A stretch of 64,000 nucleotides of DNA from the NCBI GenBank assembly GCA_965206595.1, contig OZ242214.1, positions 160,001 through 224,000 of the forward strand. Direction: 5' to 3'. Below, one piece after another: positions 47,757-57,241 of the stretch. The first letter of the stretch is position 1; every line of letters starts with the position of its first letter. The stretch comes from Candidatus Latescibacterota bacterium (GTDB lineage Bacteria; Latescibacterota; UBA2968; UBA8231). Under the pieces are notes generated by a model. That model ran no database searches and was not told where the DNA came from. It saw nothing but the letters and a program-made list of their open reading frames with translations. Position numbers and translations under genes: made by a program.

Positions 47757-47900
47757 TAGTGCCTGTCCCGGAATGGATTGGAAAATCCGGCCGCCGAGAC
47801 ACCCGGATCGCAAGGCGTCTGAGCGAGTCGTACCAAGGGTGTACGGCGAGGGAAGGCAACGCTGGGAAGAATTGCAAGAAATTGATGGGACAGGACACTA
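47757..47900. mobile_element. IS630-type MITE (about 144 bp, TA-flanked)
   Basis: Left TA-GTGCCTGTCCC, right GGGACAGGACAC-TA (inverted repeats, one indel); the right end reads EIDGTGH*, like IS630 transposase termini. Confidence 0.65.
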
Positions 47901-48630
47901 GGGTCTTTGTTCCATCAATTAGTTCAAAGAGTCTGGTGATTTTTTTCGAGGATCGATTCGGCCGTCGCCGTCCACATAAACGGGCGTGATTGGGCGTTGT
48001 ACTGGTCGGTGAATTCCTGAATGTTGGCGACCAGATCCTTCGCCTTCTTGAAGGTCCCACGGCGGATGGCTTTTTGCGTGAGGGTTCCGAACCAGATCTC
48101 CACCTAGTTGAGCCAAGAGGCATAGGTCGGTGTACAGTGAACATGGTATCGCGGTCTCGCCACGATTCACCGGTTGACTTTTTCGTGCTTGTGCGTGGCG
48201 TAGGTATTTACCACCAAGTAAATGTCGAGATCTTTCGGGACGTTTTGGTCAATGTATTTGAGGAACTGCAGGAATTCCTGGTGCCGATGCCGGGGTTTGC
48301 ATTGGGTCAGGACTTTGCCCGATGCGATCTCGAGCGCCGCGAACAAAGTCGTCGTGCCGTGCCGGATATAGCTGTGCGTAAGCCTTCCACATAGCCCAGG
48401 CCCAAAGGCAGAATCGGCTGTCCGTTCCAGGGCTTTGGATCTGGCTCTTCTCGTCGACGCATAACACCATTGCCCTGTCCGGAGGGTTCAGGTACAGGCC
48501 TACGATGTCTCTGATTGTCCACAAAAAGAGTCGTTTGACAGCGTGAAGTGCTTCTGCCGATGCGGCTGCAGACCCAACGCTTTCCATACCCGTTGAACGC
48601 TGGACTTGGAGCGGTGCAACAGTCTTGTTA
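47899..48630 (-). pseudogene. IS630 family transposase remnant (5'-truncated, frameshifted)
   Basis: Fragments across frames: LQPHR, DIVGLYLNPP, VLCVDEKSQIQ, RHGTTTLFAAL, SWLN*VEIWF (in-frame TAG), PFMWTAT; ends at CTAG 47898-47901. Confidence 0.88.
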
Positions 48631-48635
48631 TTTTT

Positions 48636-50081
48636 GGCTCCTCTGGAGAATCTGTGGGTGAGGAGGGGAGGCTGCGGCGATGGGAATAGAGGAGGCCAGG
48701 TAGCCCAGGCGCATCATCCCCCGGTATGTTGGGACAGTCCACCAAGACGGAACCCAACTACCTGTGGAGGGAATGATGCGCCTGATCACGGTACTAAACC
48801 GGTGCACGACCTTCAAGCGGTTTGTGTTTGAGGGCAGTCATTTTGACCGGCACGGAAGGATAATGGTGAGGATAAGGCCACGGAAAAACTCCCGGGGCGC
48901 GTGCAGCGGCTGCGGTCACTTGGCCCCCACCTATGACACGGCCCCCGAGGCCCGGCTGTTCGAGTTTGTTCCCCTCTGGGGGTTTCCGGTCTTTCTGGTG
49001 TATCGCATGCGCCGGGTTGCCTGCAAAGCCTGCGGCCGGGTGGTCGTCGAGAAGGTCCCCTGGAGCACGGGCAAGCACCACCTGACCGACCTCTACCGCT
49101 GCTTCCTGGCCCAGGGGGCCAAAAAACTGTCGTGGATCGAGGTGGCGCGTTCCTTCCGGACCCGTTGGGACAAGGTCTACCACTCCGTCCAGTACGTCGT
49201 GGACTATGGGCTCGCTCATCGCTGCCTCGACCAGGTCACGGCCCTCGGCGTGGATGAAATCCAGTATCGTAAGGGGCCTCATTATCTGACGTTGCTGTAC
49301 CAGATCGACCCCCACCGCCGCCGCCTGTTGTGGATGGGCGAGAAGCGGACGAAGAAGGCCTTGAACGACGGCTTTACCGAACGGGAGCAGGAGCACCGGC
49401 GCAAGCAGGAAGCCGGCGGCGAGCAGGAGCCGACCCGTTTCCTCGACCAGATTACCGTCATCTGCTCTGATATCTGGAAAGCCTACCTCGACGTTATCAG
49501 CAAGCGGCTCCCCACCGCGGTACCTATTCTCGACCGTTTTCACCTCATGCAGCACTTCAGCAAGGCCCTCGACAAAGTCCGTGCCGAAGAGGCCCGCAGA
49601 CTCAAAGAACAGGGCCAGGATCCGGTCCTGAGCAAGAGCCGCTGGTGCTTCCTGAAGCGCAAGGAGAACCTCAGCGACTCCCCCCCAAGGCTTGAAGCTG
49701 TCGGAGCTATTGAAGATGAACCTGCGGACGGTCAGAGCCTACCTGCTCAAGGAGGACTTCCAGCGCTTCTGGGACTACACCTACTCCGCGTGGGCTGAGA
49801 AGTTCCTCCAGCGCGGGTGTTTCCGTACGATGAGAAGCAACATCGAACCGATGAAAGACATCGCCGGAATGCTGCGGCGTCACCAAGAGCTCATCCTCAA
49901 TTGGTTCAGGGCCAGGAAGCAGTTCAACAACGGCATGGTCGAGGGCTTGAGCCTGAAATGGAATCTGACAGGGAGAAAAGCATTCGGATGCCGCACCTTC
50001 AAGGCACTCCAAATCGCTTCATTCCATCAGCTCGGCGATTTACCCGAGCCACAATTCACCCACGAATTCTACTGACGAGCC
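48636..50081 (+). mobile_element. ISL3 family insertion sequence
   Basis: Terminal IRs GGCTCCTCTGGAGAATCTGTGGGTGA (48636-48661) and the reverse complement of 50056-50081, 21/26 identical; no matching target duplication. Confidence 0.88.
48773..50075 (+). pseudogene. ISL3 transposase, frameshifted near the C-run at about 49680
   Basis: CxxC...CxxC zinc finger, LGVDE, CSDIW, DRFH, then second frame AYLLKE, NGMVEG. Confidence 0.9.
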
Positions 50082-50144
50082 GAATTTATTTCTCTGGTTC
50101 CATTGCGGGACGCCAGGCGCTCTGGCCCTCGATCCCTGGGACAG

Positions 50145-51248
50145 CTATATCAAGAGACTGTGGATATTCTGCAGGAAAGTGCGGTTGTCTCCACCCAGGT
50201 AGATCATCTCGCCACCCATGCGGTTGAAGCTCTTGCAGAACCGGATGTAGTAAGCGGGATGCTCCCTCGGCGGCTCCCCCCGCGACCAGTCCCAGTCGAC
50301 CTCCGCCAGGTCGTTGACGGCGATGAAGGGGGTCAGGGGACCGGTCCCCTCCTGGCGCCGCAGATTGTTGGCTATCGATACGGCTTTTTCGAAAACCTGC
50401 GGGGCCATTACCGCCGAACCGACCGAAAGTAGAACTCCTTCCGAGCGCAGCTGTCTAACGGCGCGGACGAAAACCGCGAAGTCGATGCCGGCCGCGCGTC
50501 CCATCGCCGCCCCGTTGGCCATCGGATGGGTGTAGACGATATCGTAGCCGATCCCGGGATGTACCGTCAGCGGCACTCCTAGACGACAGGCTGCCGCTGT
50601 CAGAGAATTCTCCGGGTGGCGGTGCTCGACGCGAAGAAACCCCTCAGGTATCTCGAAGCGTTCGAGGCAGTGCAGCAGTTCGGCCTGCGCCGGCAGCAGG
50701 GCCGGGTTTCCAGTCTCGCACGCATCGCTGACGGCATGCCACAGGTCCTCCCGGGGCGGGATTTCACAACCGTCGTCCAGCACGAACCTCCCGATCGATT
50801 CTCCGTACCCCATACCGGCCAGCGCACCGGTCAGTACGGCGAGGAGCGTGAAGCGGCCGGTCTCGTCCCAACAGCCGAAGCGGCCCTCGGCGACATGGGA
50901 GCCCACGTCTTCTTCGGAGCGGCCCTGGAAAGCATACTCCCAGTCGTGGATGACTCCCGCACCGTTGGTCGCAAGATTGGTGACCCAGCCAGCCTCCATC
51001 AGCTCTTCTACCACCGCTCCGAGGCCGTTTTTTATCAGGTGTGCGCCAAAGACAAGTACCACCGAGGCTCCCGCCGCGCGCGTCGCGCGGATGCGCGCGG
51101 CGACGAGTTCCACTTTTTCCGCCAGGTCTCCGGCGGGTGGCGGCGGCGACTGCGGATCGACGCGAAGGGACTCGAAGGCATGTTTGCTGCGGCGAACAGC
51201 AAGAGGCTGGACCTCGATCCGGGTCAGATCCTCGCGTTCATGCGGCAC
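50145..51248 (-). CDS. Hypothetical protein, deoxyhypusine-synthase-like fold
   Basis: FGAHLIKNGL, ATNGAGVIHDWE, PLTVHPGIGYDI, VGSAVMAPQVFEKA resemble DHS-like proteins; last gene of an operon. Confidence 0.6.
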   Translation of the reverse strand: MPHEREDLTRIEVQPLAVRRSKHAFESLRVDPQSPPPPAGDLAEKVELVAARIRATRAAGASVVLVFGAHLIKNGLGAVVEELMEAGWVTNLATNGAGVIHDWEYAFQGRSEEDVGSHVAEGRFGCWDETGRFTLLAVLTGALAGMGYGESIGRFVLDDGCEIPPREDLWHAVSDACETGNPALLPAQAELLHCLERFEIPEGFLRVEHRHPENSLTAAACRLGVPLTVHPGIGYDIVYTHPMANGAAMGRAAGIDFAVFVRAVRQLRSEGVLLSVGSAVMAPQVFEKAVSIANNLRRQEGTGPLTPFIAVNDLAEVDWDWSRGEPPREHPAYYIRFCKSFNRMGGEMIYLGGDNRTFLQNIHSLLI

Positions 51249-52278
51249 TGTCCACCTCCCGGAAACGCCGGGCGATCTGCGCCGGGCTCGCCGTTCCGGT
51301 GGTTCCGATCTGCTGTACCGTAATGGACCCGACGAGATTGGCTACGAACGCAGCCTCAGAGATGCCGGCTCCGGCGCTCAGCGAGGCGACGATGGCGGCC
51401 GAGGTCGAATCTCCCGCGCCAACCGGATCGATCGGTCTGTCCGCAGGAAAACCGGGCAGATATTCGACACGGTCTCCGACGGCCACCAGCATCCCCCTTT
51501 CCGACAGTGTGAGGAAAACGGGGCGCCCCGTGTACAGGGACAGCTGCGCCGCCCGTTTCCTGGAATCTGCCAAGGGAATTCGCGCCCTGTCGGACGAGGC
51601 TTCCGCAAGGGCCGCCGCGGCCTCGCGCTCGTTCGGCTTGACTATCACGTCCCGGTACAACCCGATGCGTTCGCGGGAGTCGGCGAGGAAGACAGTGTCC
51701 TCGCGCTCCAGGGCAAGACGGGTAAGAAACGGGCGAACCCGCGTCGTTACGACTCCGCAGTTCGGCTCGTTCGCCTGGTCGACGATGATGACGCCGTCCC
51801 AGCGGGGGACGTTCTCCCGGATGTAACCGACAATCCGCTCCTGCAGGAGGCGCGGTGTGGGCTGCCGGTTCTTGATGTCGATGCGCTCGAGCTCCTCCAC
51901 GACCCGCCCGGAGTCGACGTAACAGGCCTTGGCGTACGTCGGTGTGAAGCGATTATCGGCGGTGAAGAACCCGTCCGTTCGCAGACCGAGTTCCCCCATC
52001 GCCCGCCGCAGTTCGTACCCTTCGCCGTCGTCTCCACAGTAGCCCACCGCCTCGACGGAACCTACTCCCAGGGCGGCGAGGTTGGCCGCAACCGTTCCCG
52101 CTGCACCCCCCTGCCTGCGGGTGTTGACGACCTGGAAACAGCGTTTACCCGTCTCAAGCGACCTCTCTTCAAGGTCGCGTTCGCAGTCATAGTAGGCGTC
52201 GAGAAAGAAATCGCCCACTACCGCAACCGTGAGTTCGCGGAAGGAGCGCAGCAATCGTCGCAGACCGCCAGCAGTCAT
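51238..52278 (-). CDS. PfkB family sugar kinase (HldE/RfaE kinase-like)
   Basis: VAVVGDFFLD.Y, GGAAG.VA.NLAALG, KPNEREA, DPVGAGDS. Confidence 0.88.
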   Translation of the reverse strand: MTAGGLRRLLRSFRELTVAVVGDFFLDAYYDCERDLEERSLETGKRCFQVVNTRRQGGAAGTVAANLAALGVGSVEAVGYCGDDGEGYELRRAMGELGLRTDGFFTADNRFTPTYAKACYVDSGRVVEELERIDIKNRQPTPRLLQERIVGYIRENVPRWDGVIIVDQANEPNCGVVTTRVRPFLTRLALEREDTVFLADSRERIGLYRDVIVKPNEREAAAALAEASSDRARIPLADSRKRAAQLSLYTGRPVFLTLSERGMLVAVGDRVEYLPGFPADRPIDPVGAGDSTSAAIVASLSAGAGISEAAFVANLVGSITVQQIGTTGTASPAQIARRFREVDSAA

Positions 52279-53186
52279 CGCGACCCCAAGCTCGAGATCT
52301 GCCCGTGGAGATCACCCTTTGCGCATGCGACTCCCAGGTGGTCGAGAATGAGGTCCGCCTCGCTCCAGTCAGGGACCAGGATCTGTGCGCCCACTCCCAG
52401 CAGGCGTTCTTTTTTCCACAGGTCCCACCCCTGTTCGCCGTTTTCCAGGCTCGCCACCCCGATGGCCACGCCCCCTGCCGCGCGCGCATTCTCCAACTCG
52501 ACGTAGCCATCCCCGAAGGCCGCCAACTGAGAACCGTCCAGGAGGTGCGACCTGAGGATATCCTCTATAACGATTTTCTTGGAAAACGATCGGTAATCAT
52601 CCCGGGCCCCGTGGATGCGGCTCCCGAAATAGGGAGTAAGTCCCAGCAGCTCCGCTTCCTCGACAACGTACTCGTGATCGGTGCCGCTGGCTAGGTGGCA
52701 GAGGATCCCGGCTTGCCGCAGCCTCTCCAGCAGGCGCCTGGCTCCGCGAACCAGGTACGTCCCGGGAGGTCGGTGCCGGCTGCGCACGCTTTCCAGACGC
52801 CCGGCGATACGTTTGTTCAATAGAGTCAGGTACTGTCGTTTGTACTCTGCGGCGGGTACGCAATCGGCACCCCGCTTTCGCATCTCTTCCTCCAGCCGCA
52901 GCATCTGGAAGATCGTCTGTTTTCCCGTAAGCCTAGTGATGAATTCTCGGCAAATGTACTCGAGCTGTTTCGGAGTTTCGACGGTTTCGGCGCTGCCCAG
53001 CACCGTGACGAACTGGTGGGTCATCACCTCCTGCCAGCCTCCGCGAAGCAGGGACAAGGTGCCGTCGAAATCGAACAGCGCGTGGCGAATGCGATTCGGT
53101 GGCAACGGCTGCAGACCGTGTATTTCGATCGCTTTTCCTGGGAAAACCGGAGGGGTCGCGGCGGATTTCACAGCGCCCAACTTCAT
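52275..53186 (-). CDS. HAD superfamily hydrolase/phosphatase
   Basis: FDFDGTLS (motif I), ASGT (II), K (III), FGDG (IV). Confidence 0.88.
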   Translation of the reverse strand: MKLGAVKSAATPPVFPGKAIEIHGLQPLPPNRIRHALFDFDGTLSLLRGGWQEVMTHQFVTVLGSAETVETPKQLEYICREFITRLTGKQTIFQMLRLEEEMRKRGADCVPAAEYKRQYLTLLNKRIAGRLESVRSRHRPPGTYLVRGARRLLERLRQAGILCHLASGTDHEYVVEEAELLGLTPYFGSRIHGARDDYRSFSKKIVIEDILRSHLLDGSQLAAFGDGYVELENARAAGGVAIGVASLENGEQGWDLWKKERLLGVGAQILVPDWSEADLILDHLGVACAKGDLHGQISSLGSR

Positions 53187-53329
53187 CGTTCCCGGGGGAG
53201 TCGGTCAAGGGAAGCCGCGCCTTCGGCAGGCAGCCCTCCGCGCTTGATGCAGCAAGGGTAATACCATAATTTACCGAAGGTTAGGTCAGTATGACGGCTG
53301 CGCGCATTGCAGCCGAGACAGCGGAAATT

Positions 53330-54223
53330 GTGACTATTTCAAAAGCGGTTCTGCCGGTGGCCGGCAGGGGTACCCGGCTGCTGCCGGCCACCAAATCCCA
53401 ACCGAAGGAGATGCTTCCCGTCGGCACCAAGCCGGTCGTGCAGCACGTGGTCGAGGAGCTTGTCGAGGAAGGAGTCGACAAGCTCCTGTTCGTTACCGGC
53501 CGCAAAAAGCGGTCGATAGAAGACCATTTCGACGATGATCCCGAACTCGACATCCTGCTTCGGGAAAAGGGGGAATCGGTCGCACAGCTCGATTACGAGA
53601 AGGAAGGGGTAGAGTTCTTCTACGTCCGGCAGCGGCGGCCTCTGGGCAACGCCGATGCGATCCGACTGGGAGCCCGGTTTGTCGGGGAAGAGCCTTTCCT
53701 GGTCGGATTTGGAGATACGATCATCCGCTCTCCGCACAAACCGGGAGTGGTCGGGCGCATGATCGCGGCCCACCTGCGCAACGATGTGGCGGCGACCATC
53801 GCCGTCTGGGAGGTTCCGGCGCAAGAGGTCCAGCGCTACGGCATTGTCAGGCCAGGCTTCGGAACCGGCGACGACGAATGCTTCGAGATTTCCGAGATCG
53901 TCGAAAAGCCACACCCCGAACATGCTCCCAGCCATCTCGCGGTGGCGGCCCGTTACATCTTCGATCGCCGCGTGTTCTCAGCGATAGAAAAAATCGAGAC
54001 CGGCCATGGAGGGGAACTCTGGTTGACGGATGCGATCCAGATCCTGATCGACGAGGGACAGGGGGTGCAGTGCGTGCGTCTGCTTCCGGACGAAATGCGG
54101 TACGACATCGGAAGTCCAAACACTTACTACCGAGCATTCGCTGATTATGCACTCGCCGATCCTCACCACGGCCCGGTGCTGGCCGACTATCTCAGAACCA
54201 GGCTCCTGCCAAGCGGATCGTGA
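53330..54223 (+). CDS. galU: UTP--glucose-1-phosphate uridylyltransferase-like nucleotidyltransferase
   Basis: KAVLPVAGRGTRLLPATK..PKEMLP, EDHFD, VEKP, GELWLTDAI; start 53330 (GTG) or 53291 (ATG). Confidence 0.88.
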   Translation: MTISKAVLPVAGRGTRLLPATKSQPKEMLPVGTKPVVQHVVEELVEEGVDKLLFVTGRKKRSIEDHFDDDPELDILLREKGESVAQLDYEKEGVEFFYVRQRRPLGNADAIRLGARFVGEEPFLVGFGDTIIRSPHKPGVVGRMIAAHLRNDVAATIAVWEVPAQEVQRYGIVRPGFGTGDDECFEISEIVEKPHPEHAPSHLAVAARYIFDRRVFSAIEKIETGHGGELWLTDAIQILIDEGQGVQCVRLLPDEMRYDIGSPNTYYRAFADYALADPHHGPVLADYLRTRLLPSGS

Positions 54224-55497
54224 TAGTCGCTCTCGACTACGGCCGCAAGGGTATCGAGGCGGAGATACCGGACGACGCCGAGATCCTGTCGATGGCGGAC
54301 ATGCCCGGCTTGGACCGCATTGTAGAGCGGCTCCACGAATCCCTGCGGGCTCCTTCCGGGACGGCACCGCTCCTCGATTTGGCCCGCGGCCGGGAGGACG
54401 TATGCGTCGTCATCTCCGACATCACCCGGCCGGTTCCCAACTCCATTATCCTTCCGCCCATCCTGGATACCCTGGAAAACGCCGGCATAGCGCGCGATGC
54501 CATTACCATCCTGATCGCCACCGGACTGCACCGCCCCAACGAGGGGGAGGAACTGGTCGAGCTCGTCGGCCCTGAGATCGTGCAGAAATACCGCATCGAG
54601 AACCACCGGGCAAGGGATCGCCGCAGCCTGGCCTACCTCGGAGATACCTCGGCAGGAGCCCCGATCTGGGTTGACCGCCTCTACCTCGAAGCCGATCTGA
54701 AGATCGCCACCTCGTTGATCGAGCCCCACCTGATGGCCGGATACTCGGGTGGACGCAAGGCGATCTGTCCCGGGCTGATGGGTGTAGATACGGTGAAGGT
54801 GCTGCACGGACCTGAGCTGATGGGACACCCCAGATCCGCCGAGGGGATCCTCGAAGGCAACCCTTTTCACGAACAGGCCCTGGAAGTAGCCCGGACTGTC
54901 GGAGTCGACCTCGTTCTCAACGTGGCGATGAATGAAAAGCGGCAGATTTCAGGCGTTTTCTCCGGCGATCTGGAGAAAGCCCACGCCGAAGGCGTGGCAT
55001 TCGTGGAGGCAGCAGCCGTGGCTACCGTCGACGAGGCTGTCGACGTCGTGGTCACGACCAGCGCCGGGTTTCCCCTCGACCTGACCTTCTACCAAGCGGT
55101 AAAGGGAATGACGGCGGTGCTGCCGATCATCCGCGAGGGCGGCACCATTGTTATCGCCGCCAGCTGCGACGAAGGGCTGGGCAGCCGGGAGTTCAGCAAA
55201 CTGTTGCTGGGGACAACCGGGCTCGACGAGTTCGCCGGCAAATTGGCGTCGCGTGATTTCTTCGTCGTGGACCAGTGGCAGTTGCAGGAGTTGTGCAAGG
55301 TGCTCGCCAAGGCAAGGGTGAAGCTTTATTCTCAGAAGATCGCCCGCGATTTCGGAGCCTCCTTGCCGATGGTCGACGTAGTTCCCTCGGTAGAGGCGGG
55401 AATAGACGAAGCCCTCCGCGATTCGGGTAACAAAGCCCGCGTAGCCGTCGTCCCGAAAGGGCCCTACGTGCTGCCGCGATTGAGGTCGAGTCGCTGA
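54220..55497 (+). CDS. larA: Nickel-pincer-dependent lactate racemase family protein (LarA)
   Basis: SDITRP, ATGLHR, EPH.MAGYSGGRK...PG, YQAVKG; GTGA overlap with galU. Confidence 0.88.
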   Translation: MIVALDYGRKGIEAEIPDDAEILSMADMPGLDRIVERLHESLRAPSGTAPLLDLARGREDVCVVISDITRPVPNSIILPPILDTLENAGIARDAITILIATGLHRPNEGEELVELVGPEIVQKYRIENHRARDRRSLAYLGDTSAGAPIWVDRLYLEADLKIATSLIEPHLMAGYSGGRKAICPGLMGVDTVKVLHGPELMGHPRSAEGILEGNPFHEQALEVARTVGVDLVLNVAMNEKRQISGVFSGDLEKAHAEGVAFVEAAAVATVDEAVDVVVTTSAGFPLDLTFYQAVKGMTAVLPIIREGGTIVIAASCDEGLGSREFSKLLLGTTGLDEFAGKLASRDFFVVDQWQLQELCKVLAKARVKLYSQKIARDFGASLPMVDVVPSVEAGIDEALRDSGNKARVAVVPKGPYVLPRLRSSR

Positions 55498-55530
55498 GAC
55501 GACTGAATGGCTTAGGGGAAACAGATTCTC

Positions 55531-56616
55531 ATGGTGATTTCGAAGCAGAAACCGCAGCTTCCCAGCACCCTTGCTGGAATGGCTTTGCTGATTGCCATGG
55601 GCACAGGTTGCTCTCAGCTCGCATCGATTTGGGGAACGAGTTCTGAAGACGTGGCGGCTGTCCAACCAGCGACCCTCGAACCAGGGACCCCCGCCCAGCC
55701 GCCAATAGCCGTGGAGACGGTGGAACTCTCCGACGCTGAGATAGACAGCATAGATGCGCTCATGAAGGTCATCCTGATTCTGCCGTTCCGCGACGTGTCC
55801 AAATACAAGGGCCCTTGGGACATATACGGCCAACTCGCCCGTGGATTGGCCGACACCCTCGGGCGCTACAAGGCCTATCGCATAATTCCGCCGGACTCCG
55901 GGTTCGTCCGCCTCGGAAAAAAAGAGCGCCTCGGCAAGATCGAGTCGGGCAGGGCCGTACATCTGGGACGACAGCTGGAGGCCGATGTCGTAGTCCTCGG
56001 TGAAATCGAAGACATCAGCATGAAGCGGTTTCGCGCTACGGTCCCCTTGGGTGGATACCGGAGCTACCAGGGAGTTTCGGCGATACAGATCTTTTTCTAC
56101 AATGTCATCGACGGTCAACCCGCGGGTGAGTATCGGTGTGAAGGGCAGATCGACAGCAAGCGCACCGGCGTCGTCAACCCTGCTGCACATGTTCCCCTAG
56201 ACAAGGAATATTTTTTTCTGGGGGAAGCGGAATGGGGTTCCGCGGAGTTTCACAAGACCCTCGTAGGGCAGTCCGTCGACGAGTGCCTGCACCAACTGGG
56301 TGTGGGAGTCGAAGCCACGGTTAGGCCTGCTCCCGAGCTGAGCGTATCAGAGCCGAAAATCATAGATATCGATGCCGGCCGCGCGTATATTAATGTCGGA
56401 TCTGCGGACGGGGTCAGGAATGGGGACAAGTTTGGGGTCTGGGATCTTGGGCGTGAGCTTCGCGATCCGGAGACTGACACCGTTCTCGGCTACGCCGTAT
56501 CCAGACGAGTGGGGGTGATCCAGGTCGAACAGGTTCTCAACGAACACTTGTCACAGGTCAACATCCTCGATGGCCAGGAAGAGATCGAGTCGGCGTTTAC
56601 GATTCGGGCCGAATGA
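55531..56616 (+). CDS. Lipoprotein with CsgG/TolB-N-like domain and FlgT-C-like domain
   Basis: Lipobox MGTG-C; ILPF.D, LGRQLEADVVVLGEI; YINVGSADGVRNGDKF. Confidence 0.65.
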   Translation: MVISKQKPQLPSTLAGMALLIAMGTGCSQLASIWGTSSEDVAAVQPATLEPGTPAQPPIAVETVELSDAEIDSIDALMKVILILPFRDVSKYKGPWDIYGQLARGLADTLGRYKAYRIIPPDSGFVRLGKKERLGKIESGRAVHLGRQLEADVVVLGEIEDISMKRFRATVPLGGYRSYQGVSAIQIFFYNVIDGQPAGEYRCEGQIDSKRTGVVNPAAHVPLDKEYFFLGEAEWGSAEFHKTLVGQSVDECLHQLGVGVEATVRPAPELSVSEPKIIDIDAGRAYINVGSADGVRNGDKFGVWDLGRELRDPETDTVLGYAVSRRVGVIQVEQVLNEHLSQVNILDGQEEIESAFTIRAE

Positions 56617-57104
56617 GACGCATCTTTTTCCACAAGGCTGCAACGATTGCCTTCGCCTTGGGACTGGCCGCCCCGGTGGCTGGAGCCGGAAGTGGGGAGT
56701 TTCCCGTCTATCAGTTGTTCTACTTGTTTGATCCCGACGCAAAGGAACAGTTACGGAGGGCGCTGGTGCTGGAACGGGCGACCGCGCAGATCGAAGGGAT
56801 CGAGCTTCTGGGAATTGTGAATTCGAGTGATATGGGCTCTCCGGAACTGAACCGGCTCGACTTCCAAATATTGTCGGTCGGTTATTTTCTGCAGCAAGAA
56901 CAGTTAGCCGCAGGGGCCGAGGAAGACTGGTTCCGGTCGGGGGAGCTTGGCGGCCTCCTGCTGGTGAAGCAGACCGGCGCCGAAACCACAACTGTCGCCG
57001 GCGACGATTTTGAGGCGACGATTCACCGACTCTCCGCAACTCTACCGATCAGAACAGAGGTAGACGTCACCACTTGGGGGAAGGTCAAGGACCTATTCAA
57101 TTAA
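56613..57104 (+). CDS. Secreted hypothetical protein with C-terminal TTWGKVK tail
   Basis: Signal peptide; ends TEVDVTTWGKVKDLFN; ATGA overlap with upstream gene. Confidence 0.75.
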   Translation: MRRIFFHKAATIAFALGLAAPVAGAGSGEFPVYQLFYLFDPDAKEQLRRALVLERATAQIEGIELLGIVNSSDMGSPELNRLDFQILSVGYFLQQEQLAAGAEEDWFRSGELGGLLLVKQTGAETTTVAGDDFEATIHRLSATLPIRTEVDVTTWGKVKDLFN

Positions 57105-57241
57105 AGTAGGTGCTCCAGGGGTTCAGGCAGCACGAAAAAGAGCTTTCCCAGACAAAACCCTCTTTCCGTATCTGGAGACAATTGGGTTGGAGGGGAGGTG
57201 TCTCGCATCGGCGTAACGGAAAATCAGAACAGGGATTTCGT

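Noticed and set aside
49675-49700. Programmed frameshift in ISL3 transposase
   Set aside because: ISL3 transposases are normally single ORFs; other substitutions point to decay or a homopolymer error
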